From positions 434,001 to 498,000 of the forward strand of contig NW_026250411.1 of assembly GCF_024521635.1 (NCBI RefSeq): 64,000 nt of DNA, read 5' to 3'. Positions 1-13,791 of the stretch are shown here, piece by piece. Each line of letters opens with the position of its first letter. Positions within the stretch are counted from its first letter, which is position 1. The notes under the pieces are model-generated. The model saw only the letters and a list, made by a program, of their open reading frames with translations, ran no database searches and had not been told where the DNA came from. The position numbers and the translations under genes are program-made. The DNA comes from Tricharina praecox (taxonomy: Eukaryota).

Positions 1-514
1 TCAGTACATGAGTATGAGCAAGCAAGCAAAAACAAATCGGAGAAAGAGAATTGAAGGTATTGAACTGAACTATCACCCCCCCTATCCGCGTCCTCCTCCT
101 GCCATAATGCACAGCCTCCCACTACCCCTCCCCTCCAAATCGTCGAAGAATCTTAACGTTATAGGTGAAAAGAAAAAGTGAGAAAAAAAAGTGAGAAAAA
201 AAAAGAACTCCCCTCAAATGAAGCCGCAAATGCCGAACGCAGCAAACAAGAAAAGAAAAGAAAAGGGAAAGGAAAACGAAAAAGATATCACAAAACAAGA
301 GAAGAAAAAACAGAAAACACCACCACCTAAGTTTCCTCCACATACACGAAGTATCCGTCCGTCCATCCAGCCAACACAACAAGCCCCAGCACAACAACAA
401 CCAAGAAAAGAAGTAGAAGAAGGGGGGGGGGGGAAGATATTACAAGGTCGTTGTTTTTTTTCTTCGTTCATCATCCGTCAATATCGTTATCGAACACGTT
501 CCTCAGCCTCAGCC

Positions 515-3500
515 TCAGCCCTGTCTTCTGCGGCTACCCTCGCCGCCGCTAGACAAGCCGCCATCGTCGTCTCGCAACATCCTAGTGCTGCCCGATGTTC
601 CGGCGCCAACACGTTGGCCGGCGCTACCTCGTCCACCAACGTGGTTGTGGTTGTTGGGCGTCGGTCCTGCACTGCTTCCGCCGCTGCCGTAGGCTGCTTT
701 GCCGCTGATGGATCGGTGGCCTTGTCCAGCCGCTGCCGCAACCCGTGGTAAAGTGCTGCTGGTGCCAACAGTCGCGCCAGTGCTGTTCCTCTTAGTCCCA
801 GCTGCCAGAATGGGGTTCTTGCCGGTGATGCTTCTCGACGAGCTCAAGACGTTTGTTGATGGAGTTGTCTTCATAGGACTATGGTTTCCACAGGCAACAG
901 TGACCTTCTTGGCGGTAGTGGGAGGATCCGGAAGGGGGCGAGAGTAAGCGGTGTATCGTCTAGTGTCGCTGCTAGCTGTCCCGGACGCGTAATTCCCCGA
1001 TCTTGCCCTACTCTGAACCGGTGGCTTCCGTCCCGAAATGAACTCATGGCTCATGGCCTCCTCGGGCCGCAGCCGCTTGTCGGGGTCCCATCGGAGACAG
1101 CGAGAGACAAAATCGAGGAAAGGCTCATCGTCGCACTTGAGCACTTGCTGCAAAGTCTTCGAGCTGACACGCCGTCTGCGGCCCTTGGACGAGACTATCA
1201 TCCGTGGTTTGCCTTGGGAGTCGAAGAACAGCTTGCGACGGGTGGATTTCTCGATGAGGTGCTTTTCCGGCGGTCCGAACACTTCCATGATACATGCCAA
1301 CTGCTCTTGCTCGTTTTCTCCAGGGAAGATAGGGTATCCAGTGAAAAGCTCGGCGAGGATGCAACCCAGCGACCACATGTCAATCGGCAAACCGTAGCTC
1401 ATTCCCAGGATAACTTCCGGAGATCGGTAAAACCGGGACTGAATGTAAGTGTACACTAAATGCTGTTAGCTTCCATAGCGGTGGTGGTGGGAGCTCTCTC
1501 GTCTACCTTTCTCATTCTCGAAACAACTGCTACCAAAATCGATGACCTTGATCTCAGAGCGGGCAGGGTGTGCGAGCAGGATGTTCTCGGGCTTGAGATC
1601 GCAGTGGATCACGCGATGTCCCTTGAGCAGAGTCAAAGAGCTGAGCATCTGCTTTGTGAATCGGCGGATAAGCTTGAGCGAGAAGCCACGGAAGTCATTG
1701 CTCTTGATAAACTCGTAAAGGTTCATTCCCAGCAACTCGGTCGAGATACACAGATGTCCTCTGAAGTAAAAGCTTTGGGTGAAGTTAATCAGAGAGTGTT
1801 TTTGGTTCGGGTCCTGTAACCGTTAGTGAGCTATCCTCATCACCGGAAAAAAAAGCATGAAATGCTTACCCATTCCTTCAGCTTCTGCAAGATGTTGACC
1901 TCGACCAACGCCTGTTGGTGGAATCGCTTCTTGTTCCGGATGATCTTGATGGCGACGAGTCCTCCGGTACGATGGTCGATACATCGCACGACCTGGCCGA
2001 AACTTCCCTTTCCAAGCACATCCACAATCTCATAGCGATAAGCCAAGTGGTCACCCTTGACGATCGTGTAATCCCCCCGTTCGTCGTCATATCCAAAGTT
2101 GGGCAGGGTAGTATTCTTCAGGTCACCAACGTGCTTCCTCGCATCTGAGAGACCGGTGAAGTACACATCCTTGTAATCGACAACCTCGCCCTTCTCAAAG
2201 ATGTTGAGCACACCCATGCGAAGAATCTGCTGGGTCGACACCCGATCCTTGGGTCCAGCACGCCTTTTCAGTTCATCAAGCTGTGCGGCCGCTTGGTCCA
2301 AATTCTTTCGCTTCGAGGCAATTCGTCTCATCTCGTCTTCAGCAATGAGGTCGTCGTGGTCGAGGGTAGGGTCGGAGTTATGAGGTAAGGGTGGTTGGTT
2401 TCTGCTTCGTAACTGGCTGAGAGACCCTTTGCTCCCCAACATCTTGGTCATGGGGCTGAGAATCGAACTAGCCGCACTTGAAGCCTTGGACTGCAAGGCT
2501 GGCACTTTTTCATCCGACTTCTTTTCCTTTTTGGGGCTACCCGCTGTACCCCAGCTGTCACTCCGTGTGCGGTCGTGAAACGGCCCACCACCGACAGATC
2601 CCTTCCTCTTACCCGCCGCTGCGATGTGGGGTCCTTTGTTGGGGCTAGGTGTATTAGTCCACGTGGACGAGGTTGGCAAGCGCGGCGGAGGCATGTTGTC
2701 GAACTTCGCATTGTATTCCTCGGCGCGTTCCGTTGCTGCGTGACTGTTCTTTCCTTGAGACGACTTCTTCCAACTGAGGCTCAATTTTCTGCGGATAGAG
2801 CTGCTAGTGGACGGCGAACCGCTCAGTTCCTCGGCCGGAGCATTCTTTAACGAGTCTTGACTCTTCCTCGACCTGCTCTTCACTCGTGGTGCTGACTTCT
2901 TACTGTCCGTTGTTTTCCCGTCATGCTCACTCGCACCCGCCGACGTCCCCCTAGGCAACGAACCGGAAACATACGGGCTAGCCGTCTGTCTGCCGATCCT
3001 GCTACTCGTCGACACTGGAATACTACTGGTCGGACTCGAACCGGTCCTCAACGACAGGCTAGATGGACTATCATCATGCGGCACGGAATGGTTAAACGAA
3101 CTAATGCTCCTCTCGCGAGCGATGCGATCGCGGTCCGATTGACCACCCTCTTCCCGCCGGTTGAAGAATGCCGCTTTGGATGCTGTCATCGGAGTACTAG
3201 GAGTTTTATGGCCTATTTTCGGAGGCGGTGTAAGTTCCTTGTCAGAGTCCGAAGTAGGCAGATAAGCATTGACACGCGCAACGGTCGGCGTACTCAGTGG
3301 CAACAGGTTCAGCGGCGGCAGACGGATGGGCGCAAGATCCTTCTTCCTCAAGCTCGAAGCCGAAGCTTTGGTCTCCAACATGGGGAATCCCGCGCTTCCC
3401 GGCCCCAGACCTCCAAGCGTCATCCCTCGCTTCCGCCGCGACTCCCTCTTCTCAGCCCTCGGCTCTAGGTTCCTGATCTCCTGAGAGATATGAGTGGGCT

Positions 3501-5571
3501 CAAATGCCTCCAGATCGAAGATTTCGGGCTCGTCGGCAGGCTCCGGTTGTCCCAAGGTCTCTGGCGCAAGGCTGGACTTCCGCGGGGCGAAGAAGGTGCT
3601 GTTAGAGCTCTTGGTCCTGCTCTTGGTCCTGCTCATCGGCGAGTCCGAGCTCAACGTTCTATCGGAGTCAACGGACCGCGTCTCAACGGGTTCCATGTGG
3701 TCGGGATGGTCATGTGCCAAGCTGGATTTCCGAGGGCCGTAAAGGCTGCTGCTGCTGTTCTTGAATGTGCCACCCACAGGTGTGGGCGCAAGACTAGATT
3801 CACCGCTCAGAGGCTCTGCGGAGGACGCGAGATTCTTCGGTAACGGCGGAACCGGAGGAATTTCTTCATCATCCCTCTCCAGTTGTGGTGGCCTCGGCAG
3901 CCTTGATCCATAGTTCAGGGTTACTTTCGGTTGCAGGGAGCCCACGGATGTCCGTGCAGAGGTGCTTGCAGATGACGCTGACAATCCGGAGCTGTAGGAT
4001 TTGCGCTGCGGCTCGGGTGTTGTGCCCTGCGACGAAGGCGTCACGCTCTTCCTGGGGATCATGGACGGGCTCGCCTGGGTGGATCTACTGGGTTCCACAG
4101 GCGGCGGCAGCACCGGAGGTGGAGGAGTATTCAACATCGACAGTCTCTTCAACCTCCTCGCGTCGGTCGGACTGATTGTTCTCGCAGCCAATCCAGATGC
4201 GTGTGGGATCGTGGATATCCTGCGCAAAGCCAAGGGCCCGGGCGTGCCCACCTTCTTGCTGGTATTGGGCGACCTGGGAGACTTCGGGGGGATACCAATC
4301 GAAGCACGGTACCCATCAGGGGCAAGCGATGTGTTGATCTGCGGCTGGATCGGTCGCGGCGGCGGCTGTAGTGACTTGGACTTTCCACTTCGCGCCGATA
4401 TCGGAACCTTCACTCCCCCTTCGGCGGTAGCCTCTGAGTACCCGCCCATCTTATGGTACTTCGGGGGTACGGGTGGACCCGTAGAGCCCGGAACGGTACA
4501 ACTCGGTTTTCGCCGTTGAGCTGCGATCGAGCTTGCCGGCTCTACCGTCGCGGTGGTTGTGCGATACTTCGATGCAGGGTTCGCCAGTGCCAGATTAGTG
4601 ATGTTGCTCTGTCGCCGGCGTGGAGCTGCTTCCTGCGAGTTTCGATCCGGATTCCGCGGCGATGAGAACTTCCCAACACTGGGCCTTCGAAGCATGGAAG
4701 AAGTCGCGTCCTGGCTCCCAGCTATCTCCGCGACACGGTTCCCGCTACCACCACCGGCAACACCTGCACGGATGCTTCGAATGCTGCTCCCGCTGACCTT
4801 CCTCGACGGAGGATGAAACGCGTTGACCTGCTCGTGATCGAGTATACCCCTGTGTACGTCTTCCAAGTTCATGGAAGGCTGAAAGTCGAACGGATCGTCC
4901 AAGTCACCCTCCCCCTTGAGCTTGCTCTCCCCAAACGCATAAAAGGTCGTCACCTTGGTACTGTCGGTCTCGTCAGGATTGCCGGAGTATTTTAGAGCAT
5001 TAGTGTGGGCATCGGCATTCGTAGAGGTTGCAGAAGATGAAGACGTAGGCGCGAGAGTCCGGCCGTGCGTGTCCCTATTCGCCAAAAACAAGACGCCACC
5101 ATCAGCTGAACCACTCCTATTGAGAGGGCAATTGACACGAAGAAATCGCGACTTTAACATACGACTTCGAATCCGGAGCCCTGGTGACCAGCGGCTTCTT
5201 CTGCTCCCTAAGGCTCGGCCTCAGTGTAGGTTTTGCTGGGGACCGAGGTTCCCGTAACGACGACTTGCGCGGCAGCGTTGTAGATTCGGCCGTTTTCTGT
5301 AATCGCTTTCTCTGCCGACCGTCTAGGTGTTTCTCCCCATCAGCATCTCTCCTCACCAATACAACTACATCCCCCGAATTGAGTGTGTCTCACCCTCTCC
5401 ATTGCCCTTATTAATAGAGAGCGAACTGGTACTGGAAGCGTCGTCTCGCGAAGACGCAGGTGATTCCCGATGCAGGGAGTATGAGCTCGTGGCCGCGTTA
5501 TTCAGGGAGGTGGACGAATGGTTAGAATGGTGAGGCTGCGGTTGATGCTGTCGCGAGACTTGAACCGGCAT
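515..5571 (-). CDS. pom1: DYRK-family (DYRK2/Pom1-like) dual-specificity protein kinase, about 1596 aa, with a long low-complexity N-terminus; exons complement(5394..5571,5163..5322,1870..5074,1507..1813,515..1455)
   Basis: DH box [42 protein letters not shown], activation loop [13 protein letters not shown]. Four GT-AG introns with consistent phases and branch sites join the ORFs in frame. The gene symbol is inferred from family membership. Confidence 0.93.
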
Positions 5572-8500
5572 GACGACGATTCAGGGACGCACACGCTTCC
5601 AGCGGTGAGCAGCAGCAAGCAGAGGGTCGTGTCGGGAACGATGCGACAGGCTTTTGGAATGCGGGTGTGGGGGGGAGGGGGGGAGGGGAGGGGGGGAGGG
5701 GGGGAGGGGGGAGATTTGCGAATGAATGAAGACGAGCGGACAGGACAGCCAGTAGGATGGGTGTAGACAGATTGAAGATGTTGCGAATTGTAGTATGTTA
5801 GACGCGGCCAGTATGGAGGCTCGGCAAGCTGGCCAGAGTCGACTCTAGCCCCGAGAGTAGGAAGAAGGAAGGAGAGCCACTGAGGATGTGGGTGGGTGGG
5901 GGATGGGAGGGGGGAGGCTGTGACAGAGAGAGAAGCGAACGCGAGGTTCACTCGCTGCTGCGGAGTTGGCGCGAGAAGAGAAAGTGCAAGAGGCTTTGGA
6001 TTTAGCGGAGCTGCATGGTGAGCACCAACCAGCAGGCAGGCGGTGAGTTTAGAGGTACAAAACAGAGGCGACGCTTTCTTTCGCTGCAACTAAGTAGACC
6101 TCTAGAGTACTCGGGCAGGAGGTAATGGGCAGAGTATGGAGAGCAGCGACGGTTGCTGTTTGAAAGAATCAAAGGATAGGAAGTGAGAAGCAGGTCCCGG
6201 AGCAAGAATGGAGAGAATGGACGGATCAGGACACAGCACGGCAGAGAAGGGCGGTAATCGGCAATCGGCGAACAAAGGCAGTACCTAATCGATGAAGCCG
6301 AGAAGTGTAGTTAAAGGAGAAGGTTGATGGGCTCCACGGAACACAACCGGGAGACGGTGGCGGAGGGGGCGGCGACGAAGGCGATGAGGCAGTCGAAGGC
6401 GACAAAGGGGATACGTAGAGTAGGTATCAGACTGCGAGGAGTTCTGTCACGGGGAAGGGGGAAGACGATGACGATTGAAGAAAGAACGTTTAGAGTAGAG
6501 AAGGTTGCCGCTTTGACTTGAAATTGAAGGAAGCCCGTCTTCTCGGATCCCCTTCCTGCCCTTCGGCTTCTTTCACGTTCCCTTTCTCTTCTCTTTCTCT
6601 TCTCGTCCCATTCCTCTGTCTGTTTGTCTGACTGCTAATTTCCGTCTGTCTCTCCTTCTCCTTCGTCGTCTTCAGACCATTCCACTGCCTCTCGTCTTCA
6701 GACTATTCCACCGCTTCGCTCCCGTCTCTTCATGTTTTGCTGTCCGCGAATGGTGTTGACAAGTCGGAAAAGGGGATGCAGGCAAGCCACCTCCACCACC
6801 ACCACCTCGACCACTAACCTCATCTTCTCCGGCCACCCTTCGACGCAGGGAACGCCCGGCTAGCCACATAGCTAATTGGAACGCAGCGAGTCCGCGACTC
6901 ATAGGTAGCATCCATAGCATACATAGCACATGTACCGGTACTCTATGTACTGTACTCCACCCACATAGAACATGGCCGCCCCCCGAACCCATCTGCTTGG
7001 AGATGCCTCGATGTGCTGAGCGGGCAAGGGCCTCTCAGGCCAGCACATGGTCTGCATGAAGAAGTAGTGCACTCCACATGCATGCATACGCAGGCAGAGA
7101 AGAGTAGAGTAGGTAGAGTAGAGCAAGCACTCTTTAGCTGGATACCTCCTTCGTCGAGGATTCCTCTGTTGACATCTGGCGTCTTGGCCCCCGTTTATCC
7201 GCCCGGGACGAGTACCCTCCCTTGGCACCGCCTTTCGCTCAACCCGGAGTGTCCAAGCCCAGGTGCAATCAACGTTCGTTATGTACCGTATGTATTTGCA
7301 CAGGGCGTGAGAAAACCAGCACAGCACAGCACGGCCTTTCTGTGCAAAGCAGCAAAGTTGCAAACCTCCACAGCGGCGACCCCAAAACGATCGGCAATCC
7401 CGGCCCTGCGCGGCCACAAAGGTGTGCAGAGTCTTTCGTCGAGATCGCCCCTCCCCCCCCCCTCCCCCCTCCCCCCTCTCGCCGCCGACGCCGACGCCGA
7501 CAGCAAACTGCGCCAAAACTCGTCAGGGAACAACAACGTACGACGGACCTAGACGCGCACCAACGGTGGAAGCCATAAAACCAAACCAACGCATGGTGAC
7601 GAACGGAACTTCGTGTAAAGGCGCCGGCGCCGCGTTGCTTTGCAGCACCGGACTGCGACTCTGCGAGCCTCGAAGGCTACTGAGGCACCTAGTCGTGACT
7701 ACCAGATACATACATACGGGGATGCCACTGGTTCTCTCGAGTCAGCGGACGCCTGGCAAAAGCGTCATGGGCGTTTGAGGGGACTGACATATGTGCTGGA
7801 AGGGCTGCAAATCTTCCTCCGGCTGGGCTGCACCTCTCCCTGCGACGCACATCGACGTCGCTACACATACCTACATATCTCCTCCGATCGCCACTAGGAA
7901 GACGGAGGAAGGGACGGCGACGCTGTATGTAGATCTTGAAGGGCCTGAGGGTCGGAAACCTCTTTCCGCCGGGGGGTTCGGAGTGGGTAGAGATTGTGTT
8001 GACGCAGCCCTCCGGAAAGCAGACGGACTGGTTGATGCGAATTAGAAACAATACCGGAGATCGTCATCGTTCGGGAGGTCCGAGAGTTTTGCGAGTCTTT
8101 GTGCGGTTGATGTTGATGTTGATGTTGAGGAGGAGAGCGTGAAGGCTATGCACATAACCACACAACAAGCGCAAGCTGCGACGGCTATGCAGGGCCAAAA
8201 TGCATAAATACTTTTACCTACACACGAAATCTGACACTGTATGTACTTCAGGATCGGATCTAGAAAAGCAACCGGGTATGTACTCTACATACTTCCTACA
8301 ACAAATCACCGAATCTCTGGGGTGATCTGATCGAGATGCATGTAGAGTAGGCAGAGCACTCACGCTGCGTCGCACGCAGTTGAGCCATGTACCCATTGTA
8401 ATATCGGAGACTGTCCTTCATCTCTACTATAACCCGGCAAGGGTTTCCTGATCCCTCTTCCTCACTCACTCACGGGGGACCGGGATCCTCGACTGTCACG

Positions 8501-9702
8501 GTATGTAGTATGTACAAACACTCCGGCAACTACTGTACTTGCCTACCATGGTCTGGACAGGCGGTACCTATGCGACAATGGATCGATGTTCTCCCTCTCT
8601 CTCTCCCTCTCCGGCAACTGCTACCGGCAACGTCGGAAACGCAGAGCACAGCATGCAGAAGCCAAGCCTGCACCTCCGAGAGAAAAATAAGGTTTACTAC
8701 CCAGATTATGTACCACGTATGTAGCGGCTGGCCCGTCGGGTTCTACTCGTCGTGAACCGTTTTTTCGGCTGATCCTCCATGACACCTCATACTGTGGGCG
8801 CGGGTGTGGGTGCGGACTTCGGTCGCCGCACAGTTACCCCTGCGGTCATGGCGGGGGGAGCGGTTGAGTGACATCCCGTGGTGGTAGTGGTAGTGGTGGA
8901 GGAGGTGGTGGAAGAGGTGGTGGTGGATGATCACTGTATATCACTCGGTTCACATTCACAGTGCAAGTCGCACAATGCACGTGAGCCGGCCGCATTTGCT
9001 CTATTCATCTGCACCGGCCCAGACCCGACCTTCCCGCCGTCACCTGCATCAATCATCGGAGTGTCCCCCCTCCCCACCACGATTTCCCCTCCCCTCCCGA
9101 GATCGAGCGAGGGCTGACATTCAAAGTCGTCATCCAAACGAATCCGGAGGCATCTTCCCCGCCTTCCATGCGGCCATGCCTCAACGACAAACGCACGTCC
9201 CACCACCACCACCTATGGTCCCACAGTGGGTGGCCGTAGAGTAGGCGATTTGCATAACCCCGCTTTTTTTTTTCTTTCTTCCCCGGCTTCGTGGGTGAAC
9301 GCTTGACAAACGCTGGATGATAGCGCTTTCGAAGGGCTTTAGTGCAGCGTGTATGTAAGGTTTTCTGCTCGGGAGTCGGGAGTCGGCGGTATGGTTGTTC
9401 ACGGCTACCGTATGTAGAGTACTCCATGGCATCCATGCTGAGATGTATCACGTTGTTGTGACGAAGTCCTCGCTTATGCCTTCTGGGTTCGAGCTTGACG
9501 TTTGGCTTTGGTAAGCGTAGAACTTTCGTTGACGCTGATGGAATTCTAATCTTATCAATCGATCGCTATTGTCGTATCTGATCAATCTTCTCCCTCATCG
9601 CGTTCACATGCAAACGTCATCGATGCCGTTCTGTTATCCACACAACCCAGCAAACAAAGGAAAGCATACAACCACACCACCTATATCGCAACCAATCAGA
9701 GC

Positions 9703-11184
9703 ATGAACGACTTTTTAACCGTAGACTTCCTTCCGCGCGGGCGCTCGTCATCAGTCGGTTCTGACAGCTTCCCCCCACCTCCACCTTCACCCTCACTTCC
9801 TCCGCGTTCGCGTATTCCGTCTCCGTCCAGACCGCATTCTCGCTCTCCGTCGCCGCGACGCCACTCCTCGCGACCGCTCTCCATACCTAGAGGCTGGGGC
9901 TCCTCACTCGGCTTCGTTTCGCAAGCTCCGCATCGTCATAGCTACTCGGGTGCCTCGGATATGGCTTCGTCTTCGACCGACATCGCCAACGATGGCAGCG
10001 GCAGCGGCAGCTTGTCCAGCTCGATACAGGAGCGCCTCTTCCAGCGCTTATTGACCTCGGTTCTTCCAAACGACCATAGTCTCGATGGCGACTCGTCGGG
10101 CTCGGTCAAAGATCCCCGGCCCGACACGGCGGAGCGCCCCGCCTTTAGTCTCACCACGATGTCGCACAACTTCCGGCGCTTCAACTCGCGGGTTGGCATA
10201 GTCTTTATTTTCCAGCACCGTCTGCTGCGACTGCTACAGTGGAAGACGCCTAGCCACACACTGTCCCTGTGCCTTATCTACACCTTTGTCTGCCTAGATC
10301 CGTATTTAATATTCGCACTACCCCCCGCCGTGATACTCCTCTTCCTGATGGTGCCGTCGTTCGTCGCGCGCCACCCACCAGTTCCCAACAGCGTATACAC
10401 AGCGTCGGGGCCCGCTATAGCTCCGCCGTCCGAAGTCCGCGCCGTCTCTGAGATCAGCAAAGATTTCTTCCGCAACCTCCGTGACCTGCAAAACACCATG
10501 GACGACTTCACGCTGATGCACGACAAGACGATCGCGCTGATCGGGCCGCCGACGAACTTCGCGGACGAGAAGCTCAGCTCTGGCGTCTTCCTCGCGCTCT
10601 TCTTCAGCAGCATCGCACTATTCATATCCGCGCACCTCCTTCCCCTCCGCTTGATCTTCCTCGTCCTCGGCTGGACGTTCATGGCGCTCGCGCACCCGGC
10701 GCTGCAACGGGTGGTCATAGAAACGCACGCGGCGCACCTAGCGCCAAAGGAGCGGCGTGCGGCGGAAGCCGCCGACTCCTGGGTGCACGCCGACATCACG
10801 CTGTCGACCGTGCCCGAGACGCGCGAGGTCGAGATCTTCGAGCTGCAGCATCGCACCACCAGCGGCGAGTACGAGCCCTGGATGTTCACGCCCGCGCCGT
10901 ATGAGCCGCTGAGTCCCGCACGCATCGCCGAGGAGCGCCCGAAGGGGAGCAGGTTCTTTGAGGATGTTAGACCCCCCATCGGGTGGGAGTGGTGCGAGGG
11001 GAAGTGGACGCTCGATCTTGGGAGTACGACGTGGGTTGCTGAGAGGTGTATTGTCGGTGTCGAGGTTGAGGAGGAGGGCGAGAGGTGGGTGTTTGATCAG
11101 GAGAGGGAGGTGGTGGGTGGGCTGGGCGAGTGGAGGAGGAGACGGTGGGTTAGGACTGTTAAGAGGAAGTATCTTACGGAGTAA
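9703..11184 (+). CDS. PEX29: Pex24/Pex28/Pex29-family integral peroxisomal/ER membrane protein with C-terminal dysferlin-like domain
   Basis: Single 493-aa ORF; FSLTTMSHNFRRFNSRVG, FFRNLRDLQNTM, hydrophobic reticulon-like segments, VEIFELQ, and C-terminal WEW...RRRRWVRTVKR dysferlin signature. Confidence 0.85.
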   Translation: MNDFLTVDFLPRGRSSSVGSDSFPPPPPSPSLPPRSRIPSPSRPHSRSPSPRRHSSRPLSIPRGWGSSLGFVSQAPHRHSYSGASDMASSSTDIANDGSGSGSLSSSIQERLFQRLLTSVLPNDHSLDGDSSGSVKDPRPDTAERPAFSLTTMSHNFRRFNSRVGIVFIFQHRLLRLLQWKTPSHTLSLCLIYTFVCLDPYLIFALPPAVILLFLMVPSFVARHPPVPNSVYTASGPAIAPPSEVRAVSEISKDFFRNLRDLQNTMDDFTLMHDKTIALIGPPTNFADEKLSSGVFLALFFSSIALFISAHLLPLRLIFLVLGWTFMALAHPALQRVVIETHAAHLAPKERRAAEAADSWVHADITLSTVPETREVEIFELQHRTTSGEYEPWMFTPAPYEPLSPARIAEERPKGSRFFEDVRPPIGWEWCEGKWTLDLGSTTWVAERCIVGVEVEEEGERWVFDQEREVVGGLGEWRRRRWVRTVKRKYLTE

Positions 11185-13791
11185 GGTGGCTGGTGGCCGG
11201 TGGTTAGGGGTTTGGTGCTTTTGTGAGCGTGTGAGCGTGTGAATTCATTAAATGGCGTTTGTTACCTGTTACTTCTGTATTGATATGAACTAATCTAATA
11301 ATCTCCACCTCGCTTTCATAGACCCGTCAGAGCGCCCTCCGAGTCCCCTCACCGTCGCCATCGTAAGAATGAGCAGTGGAAACTGGAAAGTCTAGGAAAT
11401 ACCTACGCTCACATCCACTCTCGTAGAGCCGTGGAGTCCGAGTGCTCCACACCTGACACCTCCTCCTCCTCCTCGTGGAGCGGAGCAGAGTAGGACGTCA
11501 AAGGGGGTGTGTGTGGGTGTGCGTGTGGGTAATTCCAAGCCGCAACCTCCGCACCATGGGCTTTTAGATGGAGCTGGAAAGTAGATGGTTTCTGGAGTGG
11601 GCATTGAAGCAACAACCACCCTGCCGTTTGTGACACGTGAAAAATTGCGGTCACGTCACCTCACTCGGTGGGAGGTGCGTGATATGCAGTGATCCTGCTA
11701 ACGGAACATGTACTCCGCGACGGAACTGACGATTCAAAACAAACAGGACATGAAAGGCCCGCTTTCTTCTCACCTATATACACCGTAGAAGCGCAAGTTT
11801 CTCTTCTGGATATCTAGTACTGCAGTAACCGCGAGTTCCCGTAACCCACCGTACATATCCCACAAGAAGTACGTAAGGAAATCAATCGCCATCCCGTACC
11901 ATCCATCTACCTATCGCAACCGAGAATGTTATATACTACCAGATGGAACCAGCCGCAAGCGCAAGCCCTATCCAATCCCTCCTCCCTCCTCCTCCTCCTC
12001 CTCGCTCAAAGCCACCCCCGTGCAAGCGAATCTCTCCCTTACATCTCCGCCTTTACTAGTCTAGACTTCAGACTCCAGGCATCAGCCAAGCCGTGCCATG
12101 TTTATAGAAGGATCGGACTGGCCAGCGGGAGGCCCCACATCGGCCGACGGCATCAAGGCCCAGGCTGGGTGGAGAAGATGAAAGTAGGCAGTGCCGATAG
12201 CTATCATACCTGTCAAGACATCACGAGAATCCAACCTGTGGTAAATTAATTGCGCGCACTCTACTACTTAGTAGAGAGGGTGAAAGGAAGGGCCGCGAGG
12301 TTGTGTCAAAGCCACTCACCGGGCCAGAGGAACGCTTGATCCTCCTCGGGCGAAGTTCGAACGCAGAGGGAAACCCCCTCTCCCCGCGCGCGCTCTCAGA
12401 TGTCAGTACTGTTCAGTCACCCTCGGCTTTCCGAGTCTCACTGGGACTCATCTATTTTCTATTCAATGATTACCCCGCAAACACGCTACACTATAGAGGT
12501 GCGGGGGTGCCGTGTGGGGGGGGGGGGGGGGGAGCGGATGTGGTTAGCAGGGTGTATCAACGTTGACAGGTCCAGCGAGTCGTCTGCCTCTTTCTTCTCT
12601 CTCTTATCATCTACTGAATAGACGTCATTTTCTCTTTCTTCCGTCCGCAAAAACGGCTTTCCGAATCCTGAGTAGCATCGAGTTCCGGAGCTTGGAAAGA
12701 ACTATACATACGACAGCTGTCTACCTCGCCGTTCTGGTTGCACCTTGTTCCCACCGGAAAGTTCCCCAGGAAGCATTGGGAGTTTCAAAGGCCCTGTGGC
12801 AGCTGTCAAGTGGTCGACGAGCGAAAAGTGTACGACGCACATACGGCCCAGATACCTGGTACGGTTGAGGCGAGGTACATACACACCCAATGGAGGAATG
12901 GAAGTCTGCAGAACAAGCATCAGCATGTATGTGCGATCTCTGTCGCCTTTTTCTCTCTCTCTGAAATGTGTGTCGCGCTTAAGCGAGATCCGGAGTGCAT
13001 GGGGGAGGGGGGAGGGTGATCGTGTTGCATTTGTTTTGCCTGTCATAATCTGCTTGGGATAATGATAATATGCACCGGTCCCGAGGCATGTGCCCTGCAG
13101 ACGTCATTATCAACCTACGCGGCTATGGTTCCTGAATAGCGGTGGGGAGCTTTCATCCATACAATGAACCTACTACACCGTCGGGCTGCCCGGACGTGGG
13201 CCTCGATCCGAAACATGGCAGGTATGGCTCCTGGTTTGAACATGCTTGCTTGCTTGCTGTGGGAGAAACGTTAATAACATTCCCCACAAAAACCAAAGGA
13301 GAAAGTGATGAAGCTGGGCATTTCTCCATGTTTTGGGCCAATTCCCCACGATTCGGGGCTGGCAGCAGCATGCCAGCATCGCCGTTATAACGGCTTATGC
13401 GGCACTACTGCCTCCTCGCTACTGGTATGTAATAGATTTAAAATCCTCCACATGGTACTGACGGTTGACACATTTAGATAAGTGGTATCGATGCTTATCA
13501 TAGCAATCGATATGCCGCGGATACAACCCGCTCCACCGAACATCCCGAGCCTAGATGTCGTATTTATCTAGCCATGGAACCCAGCCAGACGCAAATTCCG
13601 CATCTCCCATCAGGAAGAAGATGGAATCAAGCTAATGCCCCGCAAACCGCCCTCTCCATTCCCGGTACTGGTCTACCGAAGGAACAAGCTTGATTCCCAC
13701 TACCTAGTCATATCTTTCGTCCTTGCCTCATAAGCCCATCACCTTCTTCTGGCTTTCATCATACTGGGGAAAACCTGTACTCGATTGCAAT

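Noticed and set aside
122..480. Lys-rich and Phe-rich ORFs (also 57074-57480)
   Set aside because: They arise from A/T-rich low-complexity 3' UTRs of the kinase and YPP1 genes.
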